From Phycisphaerales bacterium (GTDB lineage Bacteria > Planctomycetota > Phycisphaerae > UBA1845): a stretch of 64,000 nt of DNA. Of the stretch, positions 7,661 to 15,933 are shown piece after piece; position 1 is the first letter of the stretch; the number at the start of each line of letters is the position of its first letter. Made by a program: the position numbers and the translations under genes. The stretch lies in the NCBI GenBank assembly GCA_020852275.1, contig JADZBE010000026.1:116316-180315 (forward strand), read 5' to 3'. The notes beneath the pieces were generated by a model. That model was not told the origin of the DNA and did no database searches. It saw nothing but the letters and a program-made list of their open reading frames with translations.

Positions 7661-9060
7661 ACACCTCCACGCAACTGGCCTACCTGCTGTCCACGGCGCT
7701 GTTCATCTTCTCGCTGCACTGGCTCAGCGATCCGAAGACGGCGCGCAAGGGCGTCTTCGCCGGCGTGGGCGCGATGCTCGTCGCCGTGCTGGCGACATGG
7801 TTTGGACTCGAGTCGGGGCACCACTGGGGCTGGATCATCATCGCCATCGCCGTGGGCTTTATCGTCGGCGTGCCGCTCTCGCGCGTCTCGCTGACCGCCG
7901 TCCCGCAGCGAACGGCGCTGTCGCACGCCTTTGGCGGTCTGGCGGCCGGACTCGTCGGCGCGGCCGAGTTCTACTATTGGCGCAGCCACGCGCCGGAGAA
8001 CCTCACCGCGTTCCGCATGACCGCCGTCATCGCAGAGATTATCCTCGGCTTCCTCACGCTGACCGGCAGCCTCATGGCCGCCGGCAAGCTGATGGAGATC
8101 AAGCTCATTCCGCAGCGCCCTTACACCTACAAGAATCAGAACACCATCAACCTCGGCCTGCTGGCGCTGGCGGTGCTGCTGGGCATCCTGCTGATCGTGA
8201 ATCCGACGATGGGTGCGGGCGGGATCCTGTTCTTCTTCGTCATCCTGATTGCGCTGGCCTTCGGCGTACTGCTCATCCTCCCGATCGGCGGCGCGGACAT
8301 GCCCACGGTCATCGCGCTGCTCAACTCTTACGCCGGGCTGTCCGCCGTGGCGATGGGCTTCGTGCTCGACAACAAGCTGCTCATCACCGCCGGCGCGCTC
8401 GACGGCTCCAGCGGCTTGATCCTCTCCATCATCATGTGCAAGGCCATGAACCGCTCGTTCGCCAACGTGCTCTTCGGCGCGTTCGGACAGGTGCAGCAGA
8501 CGGCCGCCGCGGGGGAGCAGAAAGCCTACAAGGCCGAGACGATCGAAGGCGCGGCGCAGATGATGGAGCAGTCGGGCCTGGTGGTCGTCGTGCCGGGCTA
8601 CGGCATGGCCGTCGCGCAGGCGCAGCACAAGGTGCGCGAGCTGTATGACCAGCTCAAGAAGCGCGGCATCACATGCAAGTTCGCCATCCACCCCGTCGCG
8701 GGGCGCATGCCCGGACACATGAACGTGCTCCTCGCCGAGGCGGAGATCCCCTACGACGACCTCATCGAGATGGAAGCCATCAACCCGGACATGCCGCAGG
8801 CCGACGTGTGCCTTGTCATCGGCGCCAACGACGTGGTCAACCCGGCCGCGCGGCACGCGGGCAGCCCGATCTCGGGCATGCCGATCATCGACGCGGACCG
8901 TGCGAAGACGGTGTTCGCCATCAAGCGCAGCAAGAACCCGGGCTTTGCCGGCATCGACAACGAGCTGTACTTCGGCGAGCACACGTTCATGCTCTTCGGC
9001 GACGCCAAGGCGGTGGTGGGCGACCTGGTCAAGCAACTCTCCGGCGGCGGGATGCACTGA
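7657..9060 (+). CDS. pntB: NAD(P) transhydrogenase subunit beta
   Basis: The ATG overlaps the pntAB stop (ATGA). The protein has a polytopic N-terminal domain and a C-terminal dIII domain with the motifs VVVPGYGMAVAQAQH, HPVAGRMPGHMNVLLAEA and GANDVVNP. Confidence 0.92.
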   Translation: MNTSTQLAYLLSTALFIFSLHWLSDPKTARKGVFAGVGAMLVAVLATWFGLESGHHWGWIIIAIAVGFIVGVPLSRVSLTAVPQRTALSHAFGGLAAGLVGAAEFYYWRSHAPENLTAFRMTAVIAEIILGFLTLTGSLMAAGKLMEIKLIPQRPYTYKNQNTINLGLLALAVLLGILLIVNPTMGAGGILFFFVILIALAFGVLLILPIGGADMPTVIALLNSYAGLSAVAMGFVLDNKLLITAGALDGSSGLILSIIMCKAMNRSFANVLFGAFGQVQQTAAAGEQKAYKAETIEGAAQMMEQSGLVVVVPGYGMAVAQAQHKVRELYDQLKKRGITCKFAIHPVAGRMPGHMNVLLAEAEIPYDDLIEMEAINPDMPQADVCLVIGANDVVNPAARHAGSPISGMPIIDADRAKTVFAIKRSKNPGFAGIDNELYFGEHTFMLFGDAKAVVGDLVKQLSGGGMH

Positions 9061-9140
9061 TCGAGCGCGCTGGTCGAGGTTGCGGTTGGCGTCAAGGCTG
9101 AGAGCCGGGCGCGTCGGCAGTCGGATCTGGGCACTCATGC

Positions 9141-9245
9141 CGTCACCCCCGCGCAGGCGGGGGTCCAGGGCGCATCGCCAAGCCGCTGGATTCCCGCCTG
9201 CGCGGGAATGACGAAATGGATTCCCGCCTGCGCGGCAATGACGAG
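9141..9245. repeat. Composite ~100-bp hairpin element (MITE/REP-like)
   Basis: CGTCACCCCCGCGCAGGCGGGGGTCCAG, then a spacer, then CTGGATTCCCGCCTGCGCGGGAATGAC, then a second TTCCCGCCTGCGCGGCAATGAC. The first 28 nt are identical to the copy at 59421. Related copies lie at 21959, 32428 and 33633. Confidence 0.85.
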
Positions 9246-9379
9246 TTTCACCTCGCTCGGCGTGTTGAGCGACTTGGCGCGGTGATCGTCCGATCATCCG
9301 GCCCTTGCCCGCGGCTGCGCGTCCGTCTGAATCGTACCCTTTAGCGCTAGGCACTCCGCCCAAGCCGCGAGGGACACGC

Positions 9380-10672
9380 ATGAATGATCGCCAGGGGCCG
9401 CTTAGTCTGGCCGCGACGTTGGGGCGTCGCGGAGCGCTCGCCATCACCCTGCTGTGGGGCGTCGGCGTCGTCGCCTATGCGCTCTTCTCCGCCGTGAATC
9501 ATCGACGCGACGACGCGCGCAGCGCCGCGGACATCGTTCATGCCGCCCTCAGCTCGACCGAGTCCCTCGACGCCGATGCCTGCCGGCAGCAGCTTCAGCG
9601 GCTTGTAACCTCCCACGAACGGCTGCTCGCCGCCGCGTGGGTCACGGACACCGGCGAGGTCGCCTGCGCCTGGCCCGCGGACGCCGCCGCTGAAGCGTCC
9701 GCAGCCGCCGGTCAGGGCACGGGCAGTTGCGTGGTCACTTTCCAGCGTGGCGGATCGAACGTCCGCGCTTGGCGCGTCGCATCGCCCCACGTCGGTCGAG
9801 CGGGCGTTTGCGTCGCCTACGTGCGCGCTGCGAGCTGGGCATCCGCCTGCCTCGGGGCCGTGCTGGCGTTCGCGGGCATCACTCTCGCGGCATCGCTCGT
9901 GATCTGCGCGACTCACGCGCGGCGCGTCCGTGTTTTGTTGCAGCCCGTATTCCGCGACCTCTCACAAGTCGCGCGCACGGATCGACAGGAAGAGCCTGCC
10001 CACGCGCCCGCGTGCGACGCTTTCGAGGAAACTTGCGCGCTTCGGCGGGACATGCTGCTCCGCGGGGAGGAACTCGCCGAATCGCGCAAGCAAGTCGAGC
10101 AGCTCGAAAAGCAGATGCGCCACGCGATCCACCACCGCGAAAAGACCTTCGCGCGCAGCCTGGAAAAGACCCGCCGCGAGACGCTGACCGACCCGCTCAC
10201 CGGGCTGTACAACCGGCGATTCCTCGACGAGGACCTGCCGCGAATCCTCGGCGAAATCGAGGCGCGCGGCGGCGACGTGACCATGGTCATGATCGACCTC
10301 GACCACTTCAAGCAGCACAACGACTGCAACGGGCACGAGGCCGGCGACGAGCTGCTCAAGTTCGTTGGCGAGCTTTTGCGCGGCGCCACGCGCGACTCCG
10401 ACTTCTGCATCCGCTACGGCGGCGACGAATTCGCCCTCGTCATGCCGGATACTCCGCAGGACCAGGCCGTCCGCGTCATCGACCGCATCGTCAAGCTCTT
10501 CGCGCAGTACGCCACCGTATTCAAGACCCAGCCGCGCGTCAGCATGAGCGCGGGCGTCGCGTCCTCCGGCTCCCGCACGATCGAGGAGCGCCGCCAGCTC
10601 ATCAAGCTGGCCGACCGCGCGCTCTACCAGGCCAAGCACCTCGGCAAGAACCGCGTCACCGTCGCGGCGTAG
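9380..10672 (+). CDS. Diguanylate cyclase (GGDEF) with N-terminal membrane/sensor region
   Basis: The ORF is trimmed to ATG 9380, which follows a GAGGGA SD. The GGDEF domain reads LTDPLTGLYNRRFLDE...IDLDHFKQHNDCNGHEAGDELL...RYGGDEFALVM. An RDSD I-site motif lies five residues upstream of GGDEF. Two predicted TM helices flank an N-terminal domain. Confidence 0.85.
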   Translation: MNDRQGPLSLAATLGRRGALAITLLWGVGVVAYALFSAVNHRRDDARSAADIVHAALSSTESLDADACRQQLQRLVTSHERLLAAAWVTDTGEVACAWPADAAAEASAAAGQGTGSCVVTFQRGGSNVRAWRVASPHVGRAGVCVAYVRAASWASACLGAVLAFAGITLAASLVICATHARRVRVLLQPVFRDLSQVARTDRQEEPAHAPACDAFEETCALRRDMLLRGEELAESRKQVEQLEKQMRHAIHHREKTFARSLEKTRRETLTDPLTGLYNRRFLDEDLPRILGEIEARGGDVTMVMIDLDHFKQHNDCNGHEAGDELLKFVGELLRGATRDSDFCIRYGGDEFALVMPDTPQDQAVRVIDRIVKLFAQYATVFKTQPRVSMSAGVASSGSRTIEERRQLIKLADRALYQAKHLGKNRVTVAA

Positions 10673-10733
10673 CGCATCCGTTCCTGGGTTTCGGCCATCC
10701 GCCGCATCATCGTCTTGACAGGCCGTTGCAGAA

Positions 10734-10760
10734 GGGGTGGCACGGACCTCCGGGACGTGC
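10734..10760. repeat. REP-like element, second subfamily (GGGGTGGCACGGACCTCCGGGACGTGC)
   Basis: It matches the inverted copy at 15892..15919 and shares the GGTGGCACGG head with the main family. Confidence 0.75.
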
Positions 10761-10836
10761 TTTCCCGCGGCAAACTCCTGTTCCAAAGCATGCGATTCGG
10801 AGTCTTGCAGCGGGCTGTTAAGCCTTCCCGCAGCCC

Positions 10837-11682
10837 TCAACCCACGAAGTCGATTTGCGCCGTGTGTGGAATCAGTCCGGCCTCGTGTGCGCGGCGCAGC
10901 AACTCGCGGACAGCATGGCGGCCCGCGTCGCCGTAGTCGATCGTCCAGTCGTTGACGTACATGCCGACGAAGCGATCGGCGAGGTCGCGGCCCATATCCC
11001 GCGCGTATTTCATCGCGTGCCGCACGGCTTCGTCACGATGCGCGAGGCTGTATTGGATGCTGCTTTTGAGAATCGCGGCGATTTCGTTCAAGGTGGATTC
11101 GCCGCCGAGGTCTCTGCGGATCGCGTTGCCGCCCAGCGGCAAGGGCAGGCCTGTCTCCTGCTTCCACCAGGCGCCGAGGTCCACGATCTTGTGCAGGCGG
11201 TGGTTGCGATACGTGAGCTGCCCTTCGTGGATGATCAGCCCCGCGTCCGCTTCGCCGCGTTCGACCGCCTGCAGGATGCGATCGAACATCATCACCTTGT
11301 GGCGGAACCGCCCCTTCCCCAGCAGCAGGTTCAGCGTCAGGAAGGCCGTCGTCATCTCACCGGGCACGGCGATCAGCCGCCCGGCCAAGTCCGCCGGATC
11401 CATCGGGTCGCGGGCGACGACGAGCGGCCCGTATCCGTCGCCCATGCTCGATCCGCAGTGGGTCAGCGCGTAGCGCTGGGCGACGTAAGGATAGGCGTGA
11501 ATGCTGACGGCCGTGATGTGCAGCTCGCCGCGCAGCGCCCGCTCGTTGAGCGTCTGAATGTCCTGCAGCACGTGCTCAAACGTCCAGCCCTTCGTGTCCA
11601 CCAGGCCGGCGGCGAGGCCGTAGAACATGAAGGCATCATCCGGATCGGGGCTGTGACCAAGAGTGAGAAGTTTCGAGTTCAT
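10837..11682 (-). CDS. MqnA/MqnD/SBP-family menaquinone (futalosine pathway) biosynthesis protein, MqnD-like
   Basis: The N-terminus LTLGHSPDPDDAFMFYGLAAG...FEHVLQDIQTLNERALRGELHITAVSIHAY resembles the MqnD pattern (G-SPCPND-F-F...DI..LN...ELD). The length of 281 aa fits. The exact enzyme assignment (MqnA versus MqnD) is uncertain. Confidence 0.6.
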   Translation of the reverse strand: MNSKLLTLGHSPDPDDAFMFYGLAAGLVDTKGWTFEHVLQDIQTLNERALRGELHITAVSIHAYPYVAQRYALTHCGSSMGDGYGPLVVARDPMDPADLAGRLIAVPGEMTTAFLTLNLLLGKGRFRHKVMMFDRILQAVERGEADAGLIIHEGQLTYRNHRLHKIVDLGAWWKQETGLPLPLGGNAIRRDLGGESTLNEIAAILKSSIQYSLAHRDEAVRHAMKYARDMGRDLADRFVGMYVNDWTIDYGDAGRHAVRELLRRAHEAGLIPHTAQIDFVG

Positions 11683-11706
11683 GACGGCAGCATATCGGCG
11701 GGTGGA

Positions 11707-11746
11707 GGCGGAATCACGCGGTCGGGGGCGGAATCACGCGGGAGGC
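11707..11746. repeat. 20-bp direct repeat x2 (GGCGGAATCACGCGG core)
   Basis: ggcggaatcacgcgg occurs at 11707..11721 and again at 11727..11741. It lies in the divergent intergenic region between the mqnD-like gene and the S8 peptidase gene. Confidence 0.8.
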
Positions 11747-11758
11747 AGCGGGGCGGTC

Positions 11759-11835
11759 GATTTCAGATTTCAGATTTCAGATTTCGGATTTCGGATTTCA
11801 AATTTCAGATCTGAAATTCCAGATTGCGGATTTCA
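11759..11835. repeat. Heptanucleotide tandem repeat, 11 units (GATTTCA/GATTTCG consensus)
   Basis: The units read gatttca x3, gatttcg x2, gatttca, aatttca, gatctga, aattcca, gattgcg, gatttca. The array contains the palindrome AATTTCAGATCTGAAATT. Confidence 0.9.
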
Positions 11836-11901
11836 GAACTGGGGCAGTCTGATGGACAACGTCGCTCCGTACAAGGTCCCGCCGGACGGCGACGCTGCTC
11901 A

Positions 11902-11994
11902 CGCGGGCGGCGACCCGGCTCGCGCGGGCGACGCTGTTCGCGCGGGCGACCCTGCCTGCGCGGACGACCCTGCCTGCGCGGGCGACCTTGCTCC
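11902..11994. repeat. 18-bp tandem repeat, about 5 units (CGCGGGCGACCCTGCCTG consensus)
   Basis: The units are at 11902 (21-nt variant), 11923, 11941, 11959 and 11977. The array lies upstream of the signal-peptide start of the S8 gene. Confidence 0.85.
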
Positions 11995-12223
11995 TCGGAA
12001 GCGCCTGTTGCTGCCGGCGATGTCCAGACTCCTGATTCTGGGACCGGGACCGTGCCTCGCAGCGAACAGAAAGAGTTTCCGTTCCCTGCAGGATTCTGCT
12101 AGAATGGAGGTTCCTCGGCGGCACGCTCGAGTCGTTTCGTTCACCCCCCGGATCGATTTCGGCGGGGCGGCGCCGCGCGGGCGGAGTTTTCATTCCTTTT
12201 TCATGTTTGGGGGGATGGCGGTT

Positions 12224-14575
12224 ATGAAGACGAAGGCTTGGATGGGAATCGGCTCATGGACCCCGATGCTGAGGTGGATGTGCTGCGCGGGCCTGGCCGT
12301 GGGTTTGGCCGTTTCGGCACGCGCGGAAGGCGTGGATCCGGTGCCCGGCGCGCCGGTGTTCGAGGAAATCCCGGGCAGCCGCGAATTCTCGGGCAGCATG
12401 ATCGCCCGCCCCGTGCAGCGCGAGGCCGCCATTCAGGACGGCCACTCGCGCAAGGAGGCCAAGCGCCTCGATCAGACGGCGCGCAACGCGATGACCGCTT
12501 ACGTCGTCACCCGCTACGTGCCCCAGACGGATGAGTACGTCTTCGACGTTCCGGCCGGCTCGTCCGAGAGCGCCGTCGCGGCGGCGCTGATGGCCACCGG
12601 CGCGTTCCAGTATGTCGAACCGGACTGGATTTTGTATCCCATCGCCTGCCCGAACGACCCCGGCCTCGGCAGCCAGTGGCACCACAACGCCAACCGCATG
12701 AACTCCTGCGCAGGCTGGGACGTGCACACGGGCAACCCGACGGTGAGCGTCGGCATCTGCGACACCGGCGTCCTCACCACGCATGAGGACCTTCAGCTTC
12801 ACCGGCTCGAAGGCTACAACGCCGTCGATCAACTGTGGGAATCGCAAGGCGGGCAGATCGGTCCGGTACACTCCCACGGCACCCAGACCACCGGCTGCGC
12901 CGCCGCCAACGGCAACAACGCCAAGGGTGTCAGCGGTGTGGGCTGGGACCTGTCGCACCGGATGCTCCGCGTCAGCAACTCCAGCGGCGGAAGCTCCAGC
13001 CAGTCGATTCTCCAGCACGCGGCGCGCACGGCCGTCGAGAACGGCGACCGCGTCGCCAGCGTCTCCTACAGCGGCGTGGACAGCTCCTCGAACCTGACGA
13101 CGGCGACCTACATCAAGTCCATCGGCGGTCTGCTCGTCTGGGCGGCGGGCAATGACAACCGCAACCTCACCTTCTCCAGCCGCGACAGCGACGACATCAT
13201 CGTGGCCGGCGCCACCGACTCCAACGATGCCAAGGCCAGCTTCTCGGCCTACGGTCCCATGGTGGACCTCGTCGCGCCGGGCGTGAGCGTGTACACGACG
13301 ACCTCCAGCGCCAACAACGCCTACGCGGCCGTCAGCGGCACGAGTTTCGCCTGCCCGCTCACCGCCGGCGAGGTCGCGCTGATCTGGTCCAAGAACCCGG
13401 CGCTGACGCCGGACCAGGTCGAAGACGTGCTCAAGGCCTCGTGCGACGACCTCGGCACGGGCGGCATCGACAACACCTTCGGCTACGGGCGCATCAACAC
13501 GCTCAAGTCGATGAACAACGCCGGCGGCGGCATCACCGACTGCAACGGCAACGGCATCGACGACGCCACCGACATCGCCAACGGAACCAGCCAGGACTGC
13601 AACGGCAATGCCCGACCGGACGAGTGCGACCTCGCCGACGGGACCAGCAGCGACTGCAACGGCAACGGCACGCCCGACGAGTGTGACATCTCCGGCGGCA
13701 GCAGTGCGGACTGCAACAACAACAACGTGCCCGACGAATGCGACATCTCCGGCGGAACCAGCCAGGACGCCAACGGCAACGGCATCCCCGACGAGTGCGA
13801 GAACCCGTCGCTGGCCGGCACGTGGATGGCCTTCGAGTCCGACACGGTGATCCCGGTCGTCGGCACGGCCGCCAACGAAGACGTCGTCTCCTACAACGCC
13901 GGCACCGGACAGTGGAAGCTCGTCTTTGACGGCAGCGATGTCGGCCTCTCCGGCTTCGCGATCGACGGGTTGGCCGTTCTGCCCGGCGGCGACCTGCTGT
14001 TGTCCTTCACCGCTTCCGGCACCGTGCCGGGCGTGGGGACCGCCGACGACAGCGACATCGTGCGCTTCACGCCCACCTCGCTGGGCGCCAACACCTCCGG
14101 CACGTTCTCGATGTACTTCGACGGCAGCGACGTGGGGCTGAGTACCAGCGACGAGGACGTGGACGCCATCAGCCTCGACGCATCCGGTCGCCTGATCATC
14201 TCCACCGTCGGCGCAGCTTCGATGAACGGGTCGAGCGGGCAGGACGAGGACCTGTTCACCTTCAACGCAACCAGCTACGGGTCGAACACGGCCGGCACGT
14301 TCTCGATGCTCTTCGACGGCAGCGACGTGGGCCTGGGCAGCAACAGCAACGAAGACGTGGACGCGGTGTGCTGGACCTCGGCGGGGAAGATCCTGCTGTC
14401 CACCATCGGCGACTTCTCCGTGACCGGACTTTCGGGCGCGGACGAGGACGTCTTCCAGTTCACGCCGACCTCGCTCGGCTCGAACACCGCCGGGTCGTAC
14501 ACCATGACCCACGACCTCAGCGCGCTGGGCATCAACACGGCCGCCGACGTCAAGGCGGCGGAGGTGGTGAACTAG
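12224..14575 (+). CDS. Secreted S8 subtilisin-like serine peptidase with TSP3-like Ca-binding repeats and a C-terminal triple ~63-aa repeat
   Basis: The 970-aa ORF is trimmed to ATG 12224. This gives the signal peptide MKTKAWMGIGSWTPMLRWMCCAGLAVGLAVSARA. The catalytic triad motifs are ICDTGV (Asp), HGTQTTG (His) and SGTSFACP (Ser). Five DCNGNG-PDECD repeats follow. After them come three repeats of the form FDGSDVGL...DEDV...TS-G-NT-GTFSM. Confidence 0.85.
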   Translation: MKTKAWMGIGSWTPMLRWMCCAGLAVGLAVSARAEGVDPVPGAPVFEEIPGSREFSGSMIARPVQREAAIQDGHSRKEAKRLDQTARNAMTAYVVTRYVPQTDEYVFDVPAGSSESAVAAALMATGAFQYVEPDWILYPIACPNDPGLGSQWHHNANRMNSCAGWDVHTGNPTVSVGICDTGVLTTHEDLQLHRLEGYNAVDQLWESQGGQIGPVHSHGTQTTGCAAANGNNAKGVSGVGWDLSHRMLRVSNSSGGSSSQSILQHAARTAVENGDRVASVSYSGVDSSSNLTTATYIKSIGGLLVWAAGNDNRNLTFSSRDSDDIIVAGATDSNDAKASFSAYGPMVDLVAPGVSVYTTTSSANNAYAAVSGTSFACPLTAGEVALIWSKNPALTPDQVEDVLKASCDDLGTGGIDNTFGYGRINTLKSMNNAGGGITDCNGNGIDDATDIANGTSQDCNGNARPDECDLADGTSSDCNGNGTPDECDISGGSSADCNNNNVPDECDISGGTSQDANGNGIPDECENPSLAGTWMAFESDTVIPVVGTAANEDVVSYNAGTGQWKLVFDGSDVGLSGFAIDGLAVLPGGDLLLSFTASGTVPGVGTADDSDIVRFTPTSLGANTSGTFSMYFDGSDVGLSTSDEDVDAISLDASGRLIISTVGAASMNGSSGQDEDLFTFNATSYGSNTAGTFSMLFDGSDVGLGSNSNEDVDAVCWTSAGKILLSTIGDFSVTGLSGADEDVFQFTPTSLGSNTAGSYTMTHDLSALGINTAADVKAAEVVN

Positions 14576-14606
14576 CGGCTGGCCGCGCATGAATTCCTGG
14601 ACAGAG

Positions 14607-14656
14607 CACGCCATGCCTGCCGCGCGTTGACGGAGCGCGTCGGTGGGCATGGCGTG
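14607..14656. terminator. Candidate bidirectional terminator hairpin between convergent genes
   Basis: An 11-bp stem CACGCCATGCC/GGCATGGCGTG encloses a smaller hairpin and is followed by TACGTTTGGG. The T-tract is weak, so the call is tentative. Confidence 0.3.
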
Positions 14657-14795
14657 TACGTTTGGGCCTTATGGCTTGTGCGGATTCGGGGAGCTGAGCC
14701 GCGCTGAAGCGCGCCTCAAGCCGCGACACAACCTCATGCCCGCGTCGTGCCTGGCAGATTCGTTCGATCAACTCCGGCAGCAGCCCGAGCTTGCC

Positions 14796-15683
14796 CTACT
14801 GCTCGTACATCCCCGCCAGTTTGCGGAGTGCCTCGCGCTCGATCTGGCGGACGCGCTCGCGAGTCAGCCCGATCTTGGCGCCGATCTGCTTGAGCGTGTA
14901 CGGACCGTCGCCCTCCAGCCCGTAGCGGTACTTGAGGATTTCCACTTCGCGCACTTCGAGGTTCTTCAGCAGTCCCACCAGGCGATCCGTGTCACCGGCG
15001 AACGTGAGATCGTCATCCGGCAACGAGCCGTTGGGGTCCGGCAGCGAGTCGGTGATCGGCGCGTGGTTGGGGTCGTCGGACTCGCCGGCGGTGATGCTCA
15101 CGGCCTTCAGCGCGTTCTGGATGTGGCGGATCTTCTTTTCCGGCATGGCCAGGGCGAGGGCGAGTTCACCCGTGCTGGGCTGCCGCTTCTCGTGCTCGCG
15201 GAAATGGTCGATCGCGCGGCGGTAGCGCGAAATCAGCTCCACCATGTACGCCGGGATGTGTACCGGCTTGTCGCCGTTGATGAGGCTGCGCTTGATGGAT
15301 TGCTTGATCCACCACGAGGCGTACGTGCTGAAGCGCGTGTTCTGCCCGGGGTCATATCCTTCGACCGCGCGGATCAGCCCGAGGTTCCCCTCGTTGATCA
15401 GGTCGGACAGGGGCATGCCGCGCTTGGCGTACTTCTTGGCAATGTTGACCACGAGGCGCAGGTTGGCGCTGACCATGCGCTCCCGCGCCATCTGCGCCGC
15501 GCGCTCCGCCCGGTCGCGGTCCTCAAAGCTGATCCCCCCCTCGCGGAACTGCTCCGCCGCCGTCTGGGCATAGCGGACTTCGCCGGCCAGCCGGCGCTCG
15601 TCTTCCGGAGAAAGGAGGTCGGCCTTGTTGATCTGCTTGAGGTAGGTTTGCAGTCCTGCATCGACGATCATGCGTGACCTCAT
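14796..15683 (-). CDS. RNA polymerase sigma-70 family factor (RpoD/RpoS/RpoH-like, regions 1.2-4.2)
   Basis: Region 2 reads LSDLINEGNLGLIRAVEGYDP...RFSTYASWWIKQSIKRS. Region 4.2 reads TLKQIGAKIGLTRERVRQIEREALRKLA. An alternative start at ATG 15671 has a better SD (GAGG). Confidence 0.85.
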   Translation of the reverse strand: MRSRMIVDAGLQTYLKQINKADLLSPEDERRLAGEVRYAQTAAEQFREGGISFEDRDRAERAAQMARERMVSANLRLVVNIAKKYAKRGMPLSDLINEGNLGLIRAVEGYDPGQNTRFSTYASWWIKQSIKRSLINGDKPVHIPAYMVELISRYRRAIDHFREHEKRQPSTGELALALAMPEKKIRHIQNALKAVSITAGESDDPNHAPITDSLPDPNGSLPDDDLTFAGDTDRLVGLLKNLEVREVEILKYRYGLEGDGPYTLKQIGAKIGLTRERVRQIEREALRKLAGMYEQ

Positions 15684-15891
15684 CCGGCGCGCCGGCTGGG
15701 GCGCGAGCGGTAGAACAAAGGTCCCACGATTCAGTTTCGACGACCTGCCTCCTGATAAGAAACGAGCGAGCGCAGCGGCGGCGGGGCAGCCCCCATGTCT
15801 TCCAGCAGAGGAAGCCCTCCCCCGACCCCTCCCGAGGGGAGGGGGAAGAGGAGGCGGGCACAGCCCGCCCTACGGCACTCCCGAGAGGAGA

Positions 15892-15919
15892 GCACGTCCC
15901 GGAGGTCCGTGCCACCCCT
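15892..15919. repeat. REP-like element, second subfamily, inverted orientation
   Basis: GCACGTCCCGGAGGTCCGTGCCACCCC is the reverse complement of the 10734 copy. It lies just downstream of the rpsA stop. Confidence 0.75.
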
Positions 15920-15933
15920 CTGGCCACGGGCTG

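Noticed and set aside
11663-12223. A 187-aa N-terminal extension of the S8 peptidase ORF.
   Set aside because: It is translated straight through the heptamer and 18-bp tandem repeats (…FRFQISDFGFRISNF…). It is followed by a classic signal peptide at ATG 12224.
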